Shown piece by piece: positions 9,217 to 18,819 of a stretch of 64,000 nucleotides of DNA. This DNA is from Candidatus Woesebacteria bacterium (GTDB taxonomy: Bacteria > Patescibacteriota > Microgenomatia > UBA1400 > PJMF01). The stretch spans positions 75 to 64,074 of the forward strand of contig JASFHL010000007.1 in NCBI GenBank assembly GCA_050123235.1, read 5' to 3'. The notes under the pieces were generated by a model. The model worked only from the letters and a program-made list of their open reading frames with translations. It ran no database searches and was not told the DNA's origin. Made by a program: the position numbers and the translations under genes. Within the stretch, counting starts at the first letter, position 1. The number at the start of each line of letters is the position of its first letter.

Positions 9217-11772
9217 GTGAAAAAGAAGCATCCTATAAGAAGAGCAAATAAAAGAAAAAATATCAAAAGATATAAAAATATTACCAAAAAAAACAATGGT
9301 ATTAATTTTATTTTAGAGATAAAAAAGATAATCAAAAGATTAATTAATTTATCAGAATATAAAAAAAATATTCAAAAAATCAAAAAAAAGCTATTAAAAC
9401 TTAGAATTGCTATAAAGAAAAAGAATAAGTCTTTAAATAAAAAATATAGGATTGTTTTTAAACAAAAAAGAATTAAATCAAAATTTGAAAAATTTAAGCA
9501 AAAGTTTAATAAATCAAAAAAAGACTTTCAAAAATCTCTAAGAGCATATTTGCAAAATAAAAAGAAAACAATCAAGATTAAAAAAAAATCTGGTGTTATT
9601 TTTTCCCAAGGGATTTCTTTCAAAAGTTTTTATCAAGCTAAAAGAAAGTATTTAAGTAGTTTTTCAAAAAAATCATTAACTAAGCTTCAGCAGAATTTTT
9701 TCCATCCTATTGCCTTCTATTTAAAAAGACATCCCAGAAGAAGCTCTTTATCTTTGGGTATTACGGTATTAATCATTGTTAATAGCATTGCTGTTTATAA
9801 TTGGATTTTCAAGGATTTACCTTCACCAATGGGTTTGAGTGAGAATGAACAAGTGGTGACTACCAGAATATTAGATCGCAATGGTAATTTGCTTTTCAGG
9901 ATCTATAAAGATGAAAATCGCACTCTAATTCCGCTTTCTCAGGTACCAGAGCACATGATACAGGCTACTTTAGCTATAGAGGACCAAGATTTTTATAAGC
10001 ATCATGGTTTTTCTATTAAAGGAATTATCAGGGCTTTGATTGCCAATGTCCAAGGCAAGTCGATTCAAGGAGGTTCTACTATCACCCAACAATTAGTGAA
10101 AAATAGATTGCTTAGTTCAGAAAGAACCATTAGAAGAAAAATAAGAGAGGTGATTTTGTCAATTTTGGTAGAGGGAAGTTATTCCAAAGAAGAGATCTTA
10201 GAAATGTATTTAAATCAAGTTGCTTATGGTGGCTCAACCTATGGCATTGAGGAAGCAGCCTGGAGATACTTCAATAAAAAAGCAAAAAATTTAACTTTAG
10301 CTGAAAGTGCGATGTTGGCAGCTTTACCTGCAGCTCCTAGTGTTTACACGCCATTTGGCTCTAATCCAGAATTAGCCTATACTAGGCAACGTGAGGTACT
10401 AAGGAGGATGGTAGAAGATGATTATATTGAGCAAGAACAAGCAAATGTAGCTAAAAACGAAGAATTGAAATTTAGACAAGATGTAATTGATATAAGAGCT
10501 CCTCACTTTGTGATGTATTTGAAAAGACTATTGGCAGAAAGGTATGGTGAAGAGATTTTATATGAAGGTGGCTTAGAGGTAAGGACCACTCTAGATCTTG
10601 CTTTGCAAGAAGAGGTACAAAAAATTGTTACAGCAGAGGTAGAAAAACTAGCTCCTTTACGAGTGAATAATGGTGCCAGTCTGGTCACTAATCCTCAAAC
10701 TGGAGAAATTCTAGCGATGGTGGGTAGTAAGAATTACTTTGATTTTGCCAATGATGGACAAGTGAATGTTACAATTAGACCAAGACAGCCAGGTAGTTCT
10801 ATTAAACCTTTGACTTATGCCTTAGCTTTTGAGAAAGGTAAAACTCCATCTTCCACTATTGATGACAGCCCAATTACTTATAGTATTCCTGGCAGTCAAC
10901 CTTATAGCCCTAAAAACTATGATGGTAAATATCATGGTAGGGTAACTATTAGAGAAGCCTTAGCTTCTTCTTATAATATTCCTGCAGTGAAAACCTTAGC
11001 CAGTATTGGAGTTGAGCAAATGCTTGATAAGGCGGAAGAAATAGGTATTAGCACTTGGACTGATCGTAAGCGTTTTGGTTTATCTCTGACTTTAGGAGCT
11101 GGTGAAGTATTGATGACTGATATGGCAAAACTCTATGCTACTTTTGCTAATTTGGGGAACACAGTGGATCTAAATCCTTTTTTGGAAATAAAAAATTATA
11201 AAGGAGAAGTTTTATATAAAAACAGCTGTGTCTTAAATAAAAAAGACTGTGTGGTTAGACCTACTTTTGATGCTCAGATAGCTTATCAAATCACTAGTAT
11301 TCTAGCTGATAATCAAGCTCGCACACCTGCTTTTGGCCCCAGAAGCGTTTTACATATTCCTAATCAAGAAGTGGCTGTCAAGACAGGTACAACTAATAAT
11401 TTACGTGATAACTGGACAATTGGTTATACTACTGATCGTTTGGTAGCAGTTTGGGTGGGTAATAACGACAATCAACCTATGAGTTATGTAGCTTCTGGTA
11501 TCACTGGCGCTTCGCCAATTTGGAACAACATTATGCTCTTATTGCTAGATGATGAGCAAGCACATGTTTTTGCTATTCCTGATGGTTTTGTAAAGCTTAA
11601 AGTTTGTAGTCCAACAGGCACTTTGCCATGTAAAGGTTGTCCAGTGATAAGAGAAGAAATTTTTATTATTGGCACTGAACCTAAAAAGGCTTGTAATCCT
11701 GCTTGGTTTAAACCAGAAGATGAGGAAGAAGGGGAGAATAGAGACAAGATTTTAGAAGGAATTAGTATCTAA
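9217..11772 (+). CDS. class A penicillin-binding protein (PBP1A; transglycosylase + transpeptidase) with polylysine N-terminal extension
   Basis: GT51 motifs 'EDQDFYKHHGF' and 'GGSTITQQLVKN'. Transpeptidase motifs 'SSIKP' (SxxK), 'SYN' and 'KTGTT'. A single TM precedes the GT51 module. Confidence 0.85.
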   Translation: MKKKHPIRRANKRKNIKRYKNITKKNNGINFILEIKKIIKRLINLSEYKKNIQKIKKKLLKLRIAIKKKNKSLNKKYRIVFKQKRIKSKFEKFKQKFNKSKKDFQKSLRAYLQNKKKTIKIKKKSGVIFSQGISFKSFYQAKRKYLSSFSKKSLTKLQQNFFHPIAFYLKRHPRRSSLSLGITVLIIVNSIAVYNWIFKDLPSPMGLSENEQVVTTRILDRNGNLLFRIYKDENRTLIPLSQVPEHMIQATLAIEDQDFYKHHGFSIKGIIRALIANVQGKSIQGGSTITQQLVKNRLLSSERTIRRKIREVILSILVEGSYSKEEILEMYLNQVAYGGSTYGIEEAAWRYFNKKAKNLTLAESAMLAALPAAPSVYTPFGSNPELAYTRQREVLRRMVEDDYIEQEQANVAKNEELKFRQDVIDIRAPHFVMYLKRLLAERYGEEILYEGGLEVRTTLDLALQEEVQKIVTAEVEKLAPLRVNNGASLVTNPQTGEILAMVGSKNYFDFANDGQVNVTIRPRQPGSSIKPLTYALAFEKGKTPSSTIDDSPITYSIPGSQPYSPKNYDGKYHGRVTIREALASSYNIPAVKTLASIGVEQMLDKAEEIGISTWTDRKRFGLSLTLGAGEVLMTDMAKLYATFANLGNTVDLNPFLEIKNYKGEVLYKNSCVLNKKDCVVRPTFDAQIAYQITSILADNQARTPAFGPRSVLHIPNQEVAVKTGTTNNLRDNWTIGYTTDRLVAVWVGNNDNQPMSYVASGITGASPIWNNIMLLLLDDEQAHVFAIPDGFVKLKVCSPTGTLPCKGCPVIREEIFIIGTEPKKACNPAWFKPEDEEEGENRDKILEGISI

Positions 11773-11982
11773 AAAGCAAAGCTTTGAATAGCCGTTTGCC
11801 TAATTTTAGTATTTTTGGCAGAGTTTTATTTTCTTGTCTGCATGATAAGATAGGAAATGATCACTGTGACCAGCAAGAGAATTGGAGCTACCAATTTTTC
11901 TGCTAAACTAACTTCTTCTTTTTTGTGATTGGCAGTGAGCTTTTTAGGTTTTTTTCGTCTTTTTTCGTCTTTTAATTTTTTT

Positions 11983-12747
11983 TCAGAAGTTTTTTTTATA
12001 AAATTTTTCATAAAATCCATTTTTTTGATTTTCTTGTTCTTGTTTTAGGAATCTAACTCTTTCTACAATCATATCAACTACTTTATCAATATTTAAATCA
12101 GAGCTTTCTATCACCCAAGCATCAGGCATAATATAGAGTGGGTCTGTTGATCGATTTCTATCTCTCTCATCTCTTTTTTTTATTTCTTCTTGCATTTGGT
12201 CAAAGTTAACATCTATTCCATGAGATTGTCTTTGAAAGTGTCTCCTTCTAGATCTAACTAATTCATTGGCAGTAAGGAAAATTTTTAAACTAGCATTAGG
12301 TAGTACTCTATAAGTAATATCTCTACCTTCCATAATGACGTCTTGTTGTTTGGCAATTTCTTGTTGTTTTTCAACTAAAATATTTCTTACCTTAGGATGA
12401 GTAGAAACGATAGAAGATCCCAAAGCCAATTTCTCTGTCCTAATTTTCCAAGACACATCTTCACCATTAAGCAGCGCTGTAGTTAAGCGACCATCTCGTT
12501 CTTCAGCTCTAGGGTTTCTTAATTCTATACGAGCATTTTTAATAAGCTCAACAATAGCATCTTCATCCTCCCATGAGACATTATGTTGATCACATAGTAG
12601 AGCAACCATCCGATACATAGCACCAGTGTCAACATAAAGTAAGCCTAATCTCTGAGCTACTAATCTGGAAACAGTACCTTTGCCAGCTGCCACTGGGCCA
12701 TCAATTGCAATTTGAAGTGGTTTTTTCATAGCAAGCTTTAATAACAA
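11983..12747 (-). CDS. cmk: cytidylate kinase
   Basis: 'IAIDGPVAAGKGTVSRLVAQRLGLLYVDTGAMYR' is the canonical Cmk N-terminus. Confidence 0.85.
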   Translation of the reverse strand: MLLKLAMKKPLQIAIDGPVAAGKGTVSRLVAQRLGLLYVDTGAMYRMVALLCDQHNVSWEDEDAIVELIKNARIELRNPRAEERDGRLTTALLNGEDVSWKIRTEKLALGSSIVSTHPKVRNILVEKQQEIAKQQDVIMEGRDITYRVLPNASLKIFLTANELVRSRRRHFQRQSHGIDVNFDQMQEEIKKRDERDRNRSTDPLYIMPDAWVIESSDLNIDKVVDMIVERVRFLKQEQENQKNGFYEKFYKKNF

Positions 12748-12816
12748 GATTTTTTATGAAGTAAAAGAACGCTTACTTTCTATTCCGCTACAAGTCTATT
12801 CAGTTTTTAAAATGAC

Positions 12817-13053
12817 TTATTTCTTTCTTCTTCTGGTTCTTTTTGAAGTAGTTTTTCTTTTTTTACGAGTTTTCTTTTTATTATCTACTAGCCAGTCATC
12901 TCTATCAGAAGTTAATAATCCTCCCAGCCCAACTACAATCAATATCACTGGCCAGAGATTCCAGAATGATTTTGGTAACATACCCATATTAGAGGCCAAA
13001 AAGATTAATCCCATCACAACTAAAGTAGCTGGCCAAAATACTTTTTTAGGCAT
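12817..13053 (-). CDS. small membrane protein with polybasic C-terminal tail
   Basis: Two TM helices then 'KKKTRKKRKTTSKRTRRRKK'. Same strand as its neighbours. The overlapping plus-strand ORF looks like a shadow ORF. Confidence 0.35.
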   Translation of the reverse strand: MPKKVFWPATLVVMGLIFLASNMGMLPKSFWNLWPVILIVVGLGGLLTSDRDDWLVDNKKKTRKKRKTTSKRTRRRKK

Positions 13054-13169
13054 AATTCCTCCTTTTATTTATAAATTCTTATTTAAGAATAAGTCTATTA
13101 AAACTTAATTTTTCTATCTAGACAAGAGGAAGAAAGTAAAGTTAGTTTATATCTTTCAATAATCTCTTG

Positions 13170-14651
13170 CTATTTTTTTAGATTTTTAATAAAAATCACA
13201 GCATATTCATCTTGATAAGTTAATTGCCATTCCGGATCTAAATTCCTGGCTTTAAGAAAAGCTTGTCCCCAATCTGTCAGATCTAAATGACTGAAAAATA
13301 TGCTTTGGAAATCATATTGATTCATTAATTCTTGCCATTTTTTTTCACTTATTTGCATCGGAATATATTGTTCTTGAAAAAATATTTTGCCATATGCTTC
13401 AGGACGGTTGTCAGTAAAGACTTGCCAATCAGGATAAAGTGTATAAATTAGATAACTACCAATATCATAGTTATTAAAGATTTTACCTTTGATATTGAGC
13501 TTGATGAAAAATTCAGCAGCAGCAAATTGTTCTTTAGCAGGGGCCAAGGCGCGATTTTTAAAAGAAAAAAGAGGAGAGAATTTGCCAGATACAACTAGGG
13601 CAGAAATAAATAGATAAATAATACTGATAATAACTAGAATATTTTGTTTTTGATTTTGGATCTTGATTTTCTTTTTTAAGCGCTGGCAAATTCTAGATAG
13701 GGAAATGGCCATTATTGGTAAAGTGAAAAAACAAAAAATAGGTAAATTTCTTAAGGCCATAAATCCAAGCAAAATCCCTGATAAGTTAATAATCTTATGA
13801 TCTAATTCACTATGTTTAAAATCGATGATAAAGAAAAGCAATCCCAAACTAGCAAAAATAAGATATAAGTACATTACTGGACTGATAAAAAATTTACTTA
13901 GAAAAAGCAAATCCTGATTTTCTAATACCTGGTAGCCATAATCATTGAAGATAGTGAAAGGTGTCAGTAAGCCTTGGTAAGTGTGAGGATTGATCAAAGA
14001 CAGCAAAGTGAGCGTTACAGTGAGGTAGACTAGCTTTTTTTTCTCAGTTGGGTGAAATTTATCGCTCAATAGGGCAGTAAAAGTAAAAATTAGACTAAGA
14101 TAAATAGCAAAGACAAATGAAATATGCAAGTTGACCCAGAGTAACTGTTGCAAGCTAAGTAAAAAAAATTGCTTTTTTCTAATTTTTTTATTTTTTTTAA
14201 TAATTGTAAATTGCCATAGACTATAGCCCAAAAAAAGATAGCCAAAACTTTCAGGTCTAATATCATAACGATGGGAAACAATTAAAACGGCCACTAGAGT
14301 TAAAATTAAGGCTAAATTAGTGGATGAGTTGGCTTTAATAGTTTTAAATAAAAATAAAAGTGCTATCAGTAAAATGAAAATATGAAAGATAGTTAGAGTT
14401 TGAAAATTAAAAGTTTTGACAATTAGAAAAAAAACTAAGCCAGAAAGCCAATGGTGATTAATGAATTTTTTTTCTGGCAAAGTATAAGAGTAGTGGTTTT
14501 TAAAAAGAACATTGAAATTGCCATTGATAATCTCTCTGCCATTACTTAGATGGCGGCCTAAGTCAATTCTAGTTAAATCATTTGGGGTGGCAAGTATAAA
14601 ACCATAAAGAGCCATGACCGTAATTAAGAGTAAAGTTTGGAATTTAGACAT
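13170..14651 (-). CDS. polytopic membrane protein (possible GT-C/ligase-like)
   Basis: More than ten hydrophobic helices with a large C-terminal soluble domain. No specific motif identified. Confidence 0.45.
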   Translation of the reverse strand: MSKFQTLLLITVMALYGFILATPNDLTRIDLGRHLSNGREIINGNFNVLFKNHYSYTLPEKKFINHHWLSGLVFFLIVKTFNFQTLTIFHIFILLIALLFLFKTIKANSSTNLALILTLVAVLIVSHRYDIRPESFGYLFLGYSLWQFTIIKKNKKIRKKQFFLLSLQQLLWVNLHISFVFAIYLSLIFTFTALLSDKFHPTEKKKLVYLTVTLTLLSLINPHTYQGLLTPFTIFNDYGYQVLENQDLLFLSKFFISPVMYLYLIFASLGLLFFIIDFKHSELDHKIINLSGILLGFMALRNLPIFCFFTLPIMAISLSRICQRLKKKIKIQNQKQNILVIISIIYLFISALVVSGKFSPLFSFKNRALAPAKEQFAAAEFFIKLNIKGKIFNNYDIGSYLIYTLYPDWQVFTDNRPEAYGKIFFQEQYIPMQISEKKWQELMNQYDFQSIFFSHLDLTDWGQAFLKARNLDPEWQLTYQDEYAVIFIKNLKK

Positions 14652-14655
14652 GCTT

Positions 14656-15099
14656 TCAATAGGATGATTTCATTTGTTTGGCAATTTGCCTTTTGATATC
14701 TCGTTTTTTAATTTTTTCCCTTTTTTCGTATTCTTTTTTCCCTTTGCCAACGCCAAAGTTTAATTTAATCACATTGCGTTTCAATTCAAAAGACAAAGGA
14801 ACTATAGTCCAGCCTTTTTGGTCACTAAGACCAATCAATTGCTGGATTTCTTTTTTTTTAAGTAGCAATTTGCGACTCCGTTTTGGATCGTAGTCTGTGT
14901 TGTCAGCAAATTTATAGGGATTGATCTGGGCATTAATTAGAAAGGCCTCTCCATCTAGGATTTTGATAAAACTACCACGCAGGCTAGCATGTTTGTTTCT
15001 CAGACTTTTGACTTCTGGTCCAGTTAAAACAATCCCAGCGTGGTAGGTTTTGGAAATCTGATAGTCAAATTTGGCTCTTTTGTTGATGACCAGTGGCAT
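14656..15099 (-). CDS. smpB: SsrA-binding protein SmpB
   Basis: 'KFDYQISKTYHAGIVLTGPEVKSLR...GSFIKILDGEAFLINAQINPY' is the SmpB core. Confidence 0.85.
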   Translation of the reverse strand: MPLVINKRAKFDYQISKTYHAGIVLTGPEVKSLRNKHASLRGSFIKILDGEAFLINAQINPYKFADNTDYDPKRSRKLLLKKKEIQQLIGLSDQKGWTIVPLSFELKRNVIKLNFGVGKGKKEYEKREKIKKRDIKRQIAKQMKSSY

Positions 15100-15180
15100 A
15101 GTGATAGTATACAGTTGGTGAAGCTCGGTAGTAAATTGTCTGCTAACTCAAGCTTAGCCAGACCTCGCTTCAACGCTCTA
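15100..15180 (-). repeat. family-A hairpin repeat, copy A1 (truncated), abutting the smpB start codon
   Basis: Contains the core GTTGAAGCGAGGTCTGG...TTTACTACCGAGCTTCACC in minus orientation. Ends 1 nt before the smpB ATG. Confidence 0.7.
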
Positions 15181-15243
15181 AGATTCATCATATAGTAAAT
15201 TAAAATCAATAAATCAAAGGAACATTTAGTAAAATATTAGCTG

Positions 15244-17337
15244 TCACAACTCCATCTCATAGAGCAGTGATCCACTGACAGCAAAAATCTTATTTTTTTC
15301 TTTACTAATCACAAAATCAGTTACGCTCTTCAAGGAAAGGCTTTTCTTTTCACTAAAGTATTTACCATCCTTAGTTAAAGCTACCACTCTAAATTGATTT
15401 GCATCCAAAACATAGAGATATTCTAGTTCTTCGCTAGTAAAGATTTTTATTTTTGAATCAAAAGCATCAACTAAACCTTCGATATTAAATTCCACTTCAC
15501 TACCTTTGGAAAATTTTTTTATTTCTCCAGAATTAGTAGTTAGCCAGATAGAACCATCAATAGTCATTGAATCTATTTCTTCAAACTTAATGTCTTTTTT
15601 AGACACAAACCAACCAATTGCCTGACTCAAACCATCTTCACCTTGGCTGTAGCGATAGAGATTTCTTTTTTCTGGGTTAAGAATATAAAGATAGCTGTTG
15701 AATCTGCCAAAAATATTACCAGCCCTATCTGAGTCTCCTTCCTCTTTCAGAACTGTTATCTTTTTACTGCCTAAATCAATTTGGCGAATACCATTGCCAA
15801 GTAAATAAATTTTATTTTCGCCCAAAACTACATCCACTAATTTATCAGCATCTTCTACATTAAAGACCTCATGTTCTTTGTTATCCAAATTGATAACAAT
15901 AATTTGTTTTTTACCAGTATCCAAAAAGGCTAATTTTTCCTTGTTAATCGCGATTTTGGAACTGACAAAATTAGATTCAATATTTCTTAAGTCAACGAAA
16001 ACAGTCAATTCGTCAAATTCTTGTCTGCCTGATATTTCCTGATAAAAATCTTTAGCGGCTGAAAGTTCTTTTTGGATTTCTTTGAGTGATCGTTTTTTTT
16101 GCTCTTTTGCTTTAGCCAAGTTTTCTAAATTTTCAATAGCAAGAGTTAATTTTTCTCTAGCAGTAATCGGATCTTGCTCTGCAATGTCTTTAGCTTCAGC
16201 AATCATTTGCACAAAGGGATTAATTTCTTCTCTGATAGCATTTAGTTCTTTGTTGACCTTCATCCTCCAGACAACAATTAAAGTCGAGCCAACAATGATA
16301 AAAACTAAGATCGAAAACAGCACTTTAGCGATTTTTTTTGATGAATATTTGCTGACATAAGTTTCTTTGGAAGATAGATTCTGTTTCAGGAAATCACTAC
16401 CCTTTTGTAGAATTTTTTGGCTTAATTTAAGACTTTTAAGAACAGTGTTTTTACTGCCACTTAGGCCGCGTTTAATAAGTACGCTGGCAGATTTAAGAAA
16501 TTTTTTAAATTGAAAATTTGGCCTTTTTTTAGAAATATTGCTAGTTGTTTGAGTAGGGGCAAAGTTATCTATTATTTCTAAATCAGGATCTGCAATGCTT
16601 TCTTCTTGCCAGTCAAGTTCATTTTGTTTTTTTACTTTGTTTTTTTGCTTGAAAATATCATCTGCTGCTTGCTCTAGCACGTTATCAGTATTTAAACTTT
16701 GTTCTAATCTTTCTGCTTCAGTATCAATTTCTAAACTAAAATCTAGATTCTTTGTTTTTTCAACTTTTTCTTCACTTAATTTTTGGTAGACAAAGCTCAG
16801 CGCAGACAATGATGAATTTGCTTGAGCATGGATGGCCGGCACAATTGAGGTAATCACAGTTTCCAGCTCAAACCCTTGATTTAGTTTTTGTTTGATTTCT
16901 TCTAAAAATTTAAATACTTGATGAGTAGTGAGGAGAAGCACATCCTCTTTTTTAAATTCACCTTGGATGATTTTAATTCTATTAGTACTGGAAAGTATCT
17001 TGCCAATTTTATCGCCTCTTTTAAGGGTAATACTACCGTTATATGTGAGAAAGAAGGCCTGTCCTTCTTGAGGAAAAAAAGCTGCTGACAATTGTAATTG
17101 GCAGTTATTATCTCTGAGATTTTTGATAGAACTTAAAAGCAGCTGATGAAGAGCGGCCGCACTAGCATTAGCAGGAGTTTGTTTGAGTTGTTGACTGAAA
17201 TCTTTGCCAATGTTTTTTGCATTTTTTCCAGCTATGGAAAAAGCACAGATCAGGTTGCCAGCCTCATTTGCAGTTATTTGAGACCAACCATTAGCAAGTG
17301 GCAGGCCAATCAGGGGTGTTGACTGCACTCTTGGCAT
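15244..17337 (-). CDS. large membrane-anchored protein: N-terminal cytoplasmic domain, coiled-coil, single TM, C-terminal extracytoplasmic beta-rich domain
   Basis: 697-aa ORF. The TM is 'VLFSILVFIIVGSTLIVVW' and there is an E/K-rich helical region. No catalytic motif recognised. Confidence 0.45.
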   Translation of the reverse strand: MPRVQSTPLIGLPLANGWSQITANEAGNLICAFSIAGKNAKNIGKDFSQQLKQTPANASAAALHQLLLSSIKNLRDNNCQLQLSAAFFPQEGQAFFLTYNGSITLKRGDKIGKILSSTNRIKIIQGEFKKEDVLLLTTHQVFKFLEEIKQKLNQGFELETVITSIVPAIHAQANSSLSALSFVYQKLSEEKVEKTKNLDFSLEIDTEAERLEQSLNTDNVLEQAADDIFKQKNKVKKQNELDWQEESIADPDLEIIDNFAPTQTTSNISKKRPNFQFKKFLKSASVLIKRGLSGSKNTVLKSLKLSQKILQKGSDFLKQNLSSKETYVSKYSSKKIAKVLFSILVFIIVGSTLIVVWRMKVNKELNAIREEINPFVQMIAEAKDIAEQDPITAREKLTLAIENLENLAKAKEQKKRSLKEIQKELSAAKDFYQEISGRQEFDELTVFVDLRNIESNFVSSKIAINKEKLAFLDTGKKQIIVINLDNKEHEVFNVEDADKLVDVVLGENKIYLLGNGIRQIDLGSKKITVLKEEGDSDRAGNIFGRFNSYLYILNPEKRNLYRYSQGEDGLSQAIGWFVSKKDIKFEEIDSMTIDGSIWLTTNSGEIKKFSKGSEVEFNIEGLVDAFDSKIKIFTSEELEYLYVLDANQFRVVALTKDGKYFSEKKSLSLKSVTDFVISKEKNKIFAVSGSLLYEMEL

Positions 17338-17452
17338 AGGGCTATTGTATCATAAGCGAGTTTGGAGGATTTTAGTGGAGTTATACCTTAGATCTTAAAA
17401 TAGTGATAATTATAATTTAAATAATCTTAAGTCTGCTAAAATACTATAATTA

Positions 17453-18541
17453 ATGATCATTTTAAATACAAAAGACACCAGTCAAGCAGAAATAATTGAA
17501 CAAGCGGTAGCTGTTTTAAAAAAAGGCGGTTTAGTGATTTATCCTACAGAGACCGTGTATGGGGCCGGGGTAGACGTCAGCAATCAGGCGGCAGTGAATA
17601 AGTTATTGCAGTACAAGTCACGTCGAGAAGGAAAGCCTTTGTCAGTGGCAGTCACTGATCAAAAAATGGCTGAAAAATATGTAGAGATTAATAAGCAAGC
17701 CAAAAAATTATATAAACAATTTTTACCTGGGCCAATGACAATCATTTCTAAAGGCAAAGATACAGTGGCGGCTGGAGTTGAATCTGAATTTGGAACTTTA
17801 GGAATTAGAATTCCTGATTATGATTTGATTTTGAAAATAGTAGCAAAATTAGGCAGAGGGATTACTGCTACTTCTGCTAATGCCTCTGGTAAAAAAAGAC
17901 CCTATACAGTAGCAGATATTTTAAATAATCTTTCAGCAAAGCAGAAAAACTTGATAGATTTAATTATTGATGCTGGCAAATTAGCGCCTAATCCACCCTC
18001 TACAGTGATTGATACCACTTTATCTACTCCTACTATTTTACGAAAAGGCAAGACTAAGCTTGTTGGTTCTGATGAAAAAAGCACTCAACTTAAATCAGAA
18101 TCAGAAAAGATGACTAAAGAAATTGCCGGTCGAATTATGCTCAAATACTGGGATCGAATTAAAAAAACAGCTTTGATTTTAGGCTTAGATGGTCAATTAG
18201 GAGCTGGTAAAACAATTTTTACCAAAGGTGTGGCTGAATTTCTTAAAATCAAAGAAACTATCAGTTCCCCAACTTATACTTATCTCAATGAATATGACTT
18301 TAAAAGATACCAAACAAAAGGGAAACTCTACCACTTTGACATGTGGAAAGTAGATTCAGAAAAGGAGTTGACTTTGTTTGAGATAGATAAGTTAGTTAGA
18401 CCTAATAATGTCTTGGTGATCGAGTGGTGGGATCAGATTGCTGGCTTTTTAGCTAATAAGAGATATGCAATTATTAAAATAAATATTGATGTATTAGATA
18501 AAGAAAATAGGGAGTTGATAATTACTGAAAAATTTTCATAA
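17453..18541 (+). CDS. fused TsaC (YrdC, L-threonylcarbamoyladenylate synthase) and TsaE (P-loop ATPase) t6A biosynthesis protein
   Basis: N-terminus 'VIYPTETVYGAGVDVSNQAAVNKLLQYKSR' is the YrdC fold. C-terminus has the TsaE motifs 'LGLDGQLGAGKTIFTKG', 'SPTYTYLNEY' and 'YHFDMWKV'. Confidence 0.75.
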   Translation: MIILNTKDTSQAEIIEQAVAVLKKGGLVIYPTETVYGAGVDVSNQAAVNKLLQYKSRREGKPLSVAVTDQKMAEKYVEINKQAKKLYKQFLPGPMTIISKGKDTVAAGVESEFGTLGIRIPDYDLILKIVAKLGRGITATSANASGKKRPYTVADILNNLSAKQKNLIDLIIDAGKLAPNPPSTVIDTTLSTPTILRKGKTKLVGSDEKSTQLKSESEKMTKEIAGRIMLKYWDRIKKTALILGLDGQLGAGKTIFTKGVAEFLKIKETISSPTYTYLNEYDFKRYQTKGKLYHFDMWKVDSEKELTLFEIDKLVRPNNVLVIEWWDQIAGFLANKRYAIIKINIDVLDKENRELIITEKFS

Positions 18542-18614
18542 TTCAGAGAAGCTGCTGATAAGGTCAGATTAGATTAATAAAATATCAACTTATTTAAGTG
18601 ATTTTTAGAAAAAA

Positions 18615-18768
18615 CATTAGTATATATAAATCTTGACCGTTGAAGCGAGGTCTGATTAGGATTGACCTAGATCTTTATATACTACCGAGCTTCACCGAGT
18701 GAGCTTTGTATCTTATAAAACAGAAGAAATATTTCTGCGAACGTGTTCAAGATTTATGTATAGTAATG
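18615..18768 (+). repeat. family-A repeat, copy A2 (about 154 bp, 24-bp imperfect TIRs)
   Basis: TIRs are CATTAGTATATATAAATCTTGACC and GTTCAAGATTTATGTATAGTAATG. Carries the conserved core and the GCGAACG...ATTTAT 3' module. Lies between tsaCE and tsaD. Confidence 0.7.
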
Positions 18769-18819
18769 TTTTGGATGCTGAACTTTACATGAACTCGTCT
18801 GATATTTTATTAATTAATT

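Noticed and set aside
11943-11960. Tandem duplication TTTTCGTCT x2
   Set aside because: An 18-bp microduplication inside a small overlapping ORF, most likely replication slippage with no evident function.
11826-12020. 64-aa ORF overlapping the 5' end of cmk
   Set aside because: It overlaps the cmk start by 38 nt and is largely low-complexity lysine-rich sequence. It may be real but support is insufficient.
12812-13108. Plus-strand 98-aa ORF opposite the small minus-strand membrane protein
   Set aside because: It is F/L-rich low-complexity translation of the complement of a K/R-rich tail. The minus-strand ORF is co-oriented with its neighbours and looks like a real membrane protein.
17440-17455. 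TATAAT hexamer 4 bp upstream of the tsaCE ATG, suggesting a leaderless transcript
   Set aside because: In AT-rich sequence such hexamers are frequent, and there is no matching -35 at proper spacing.
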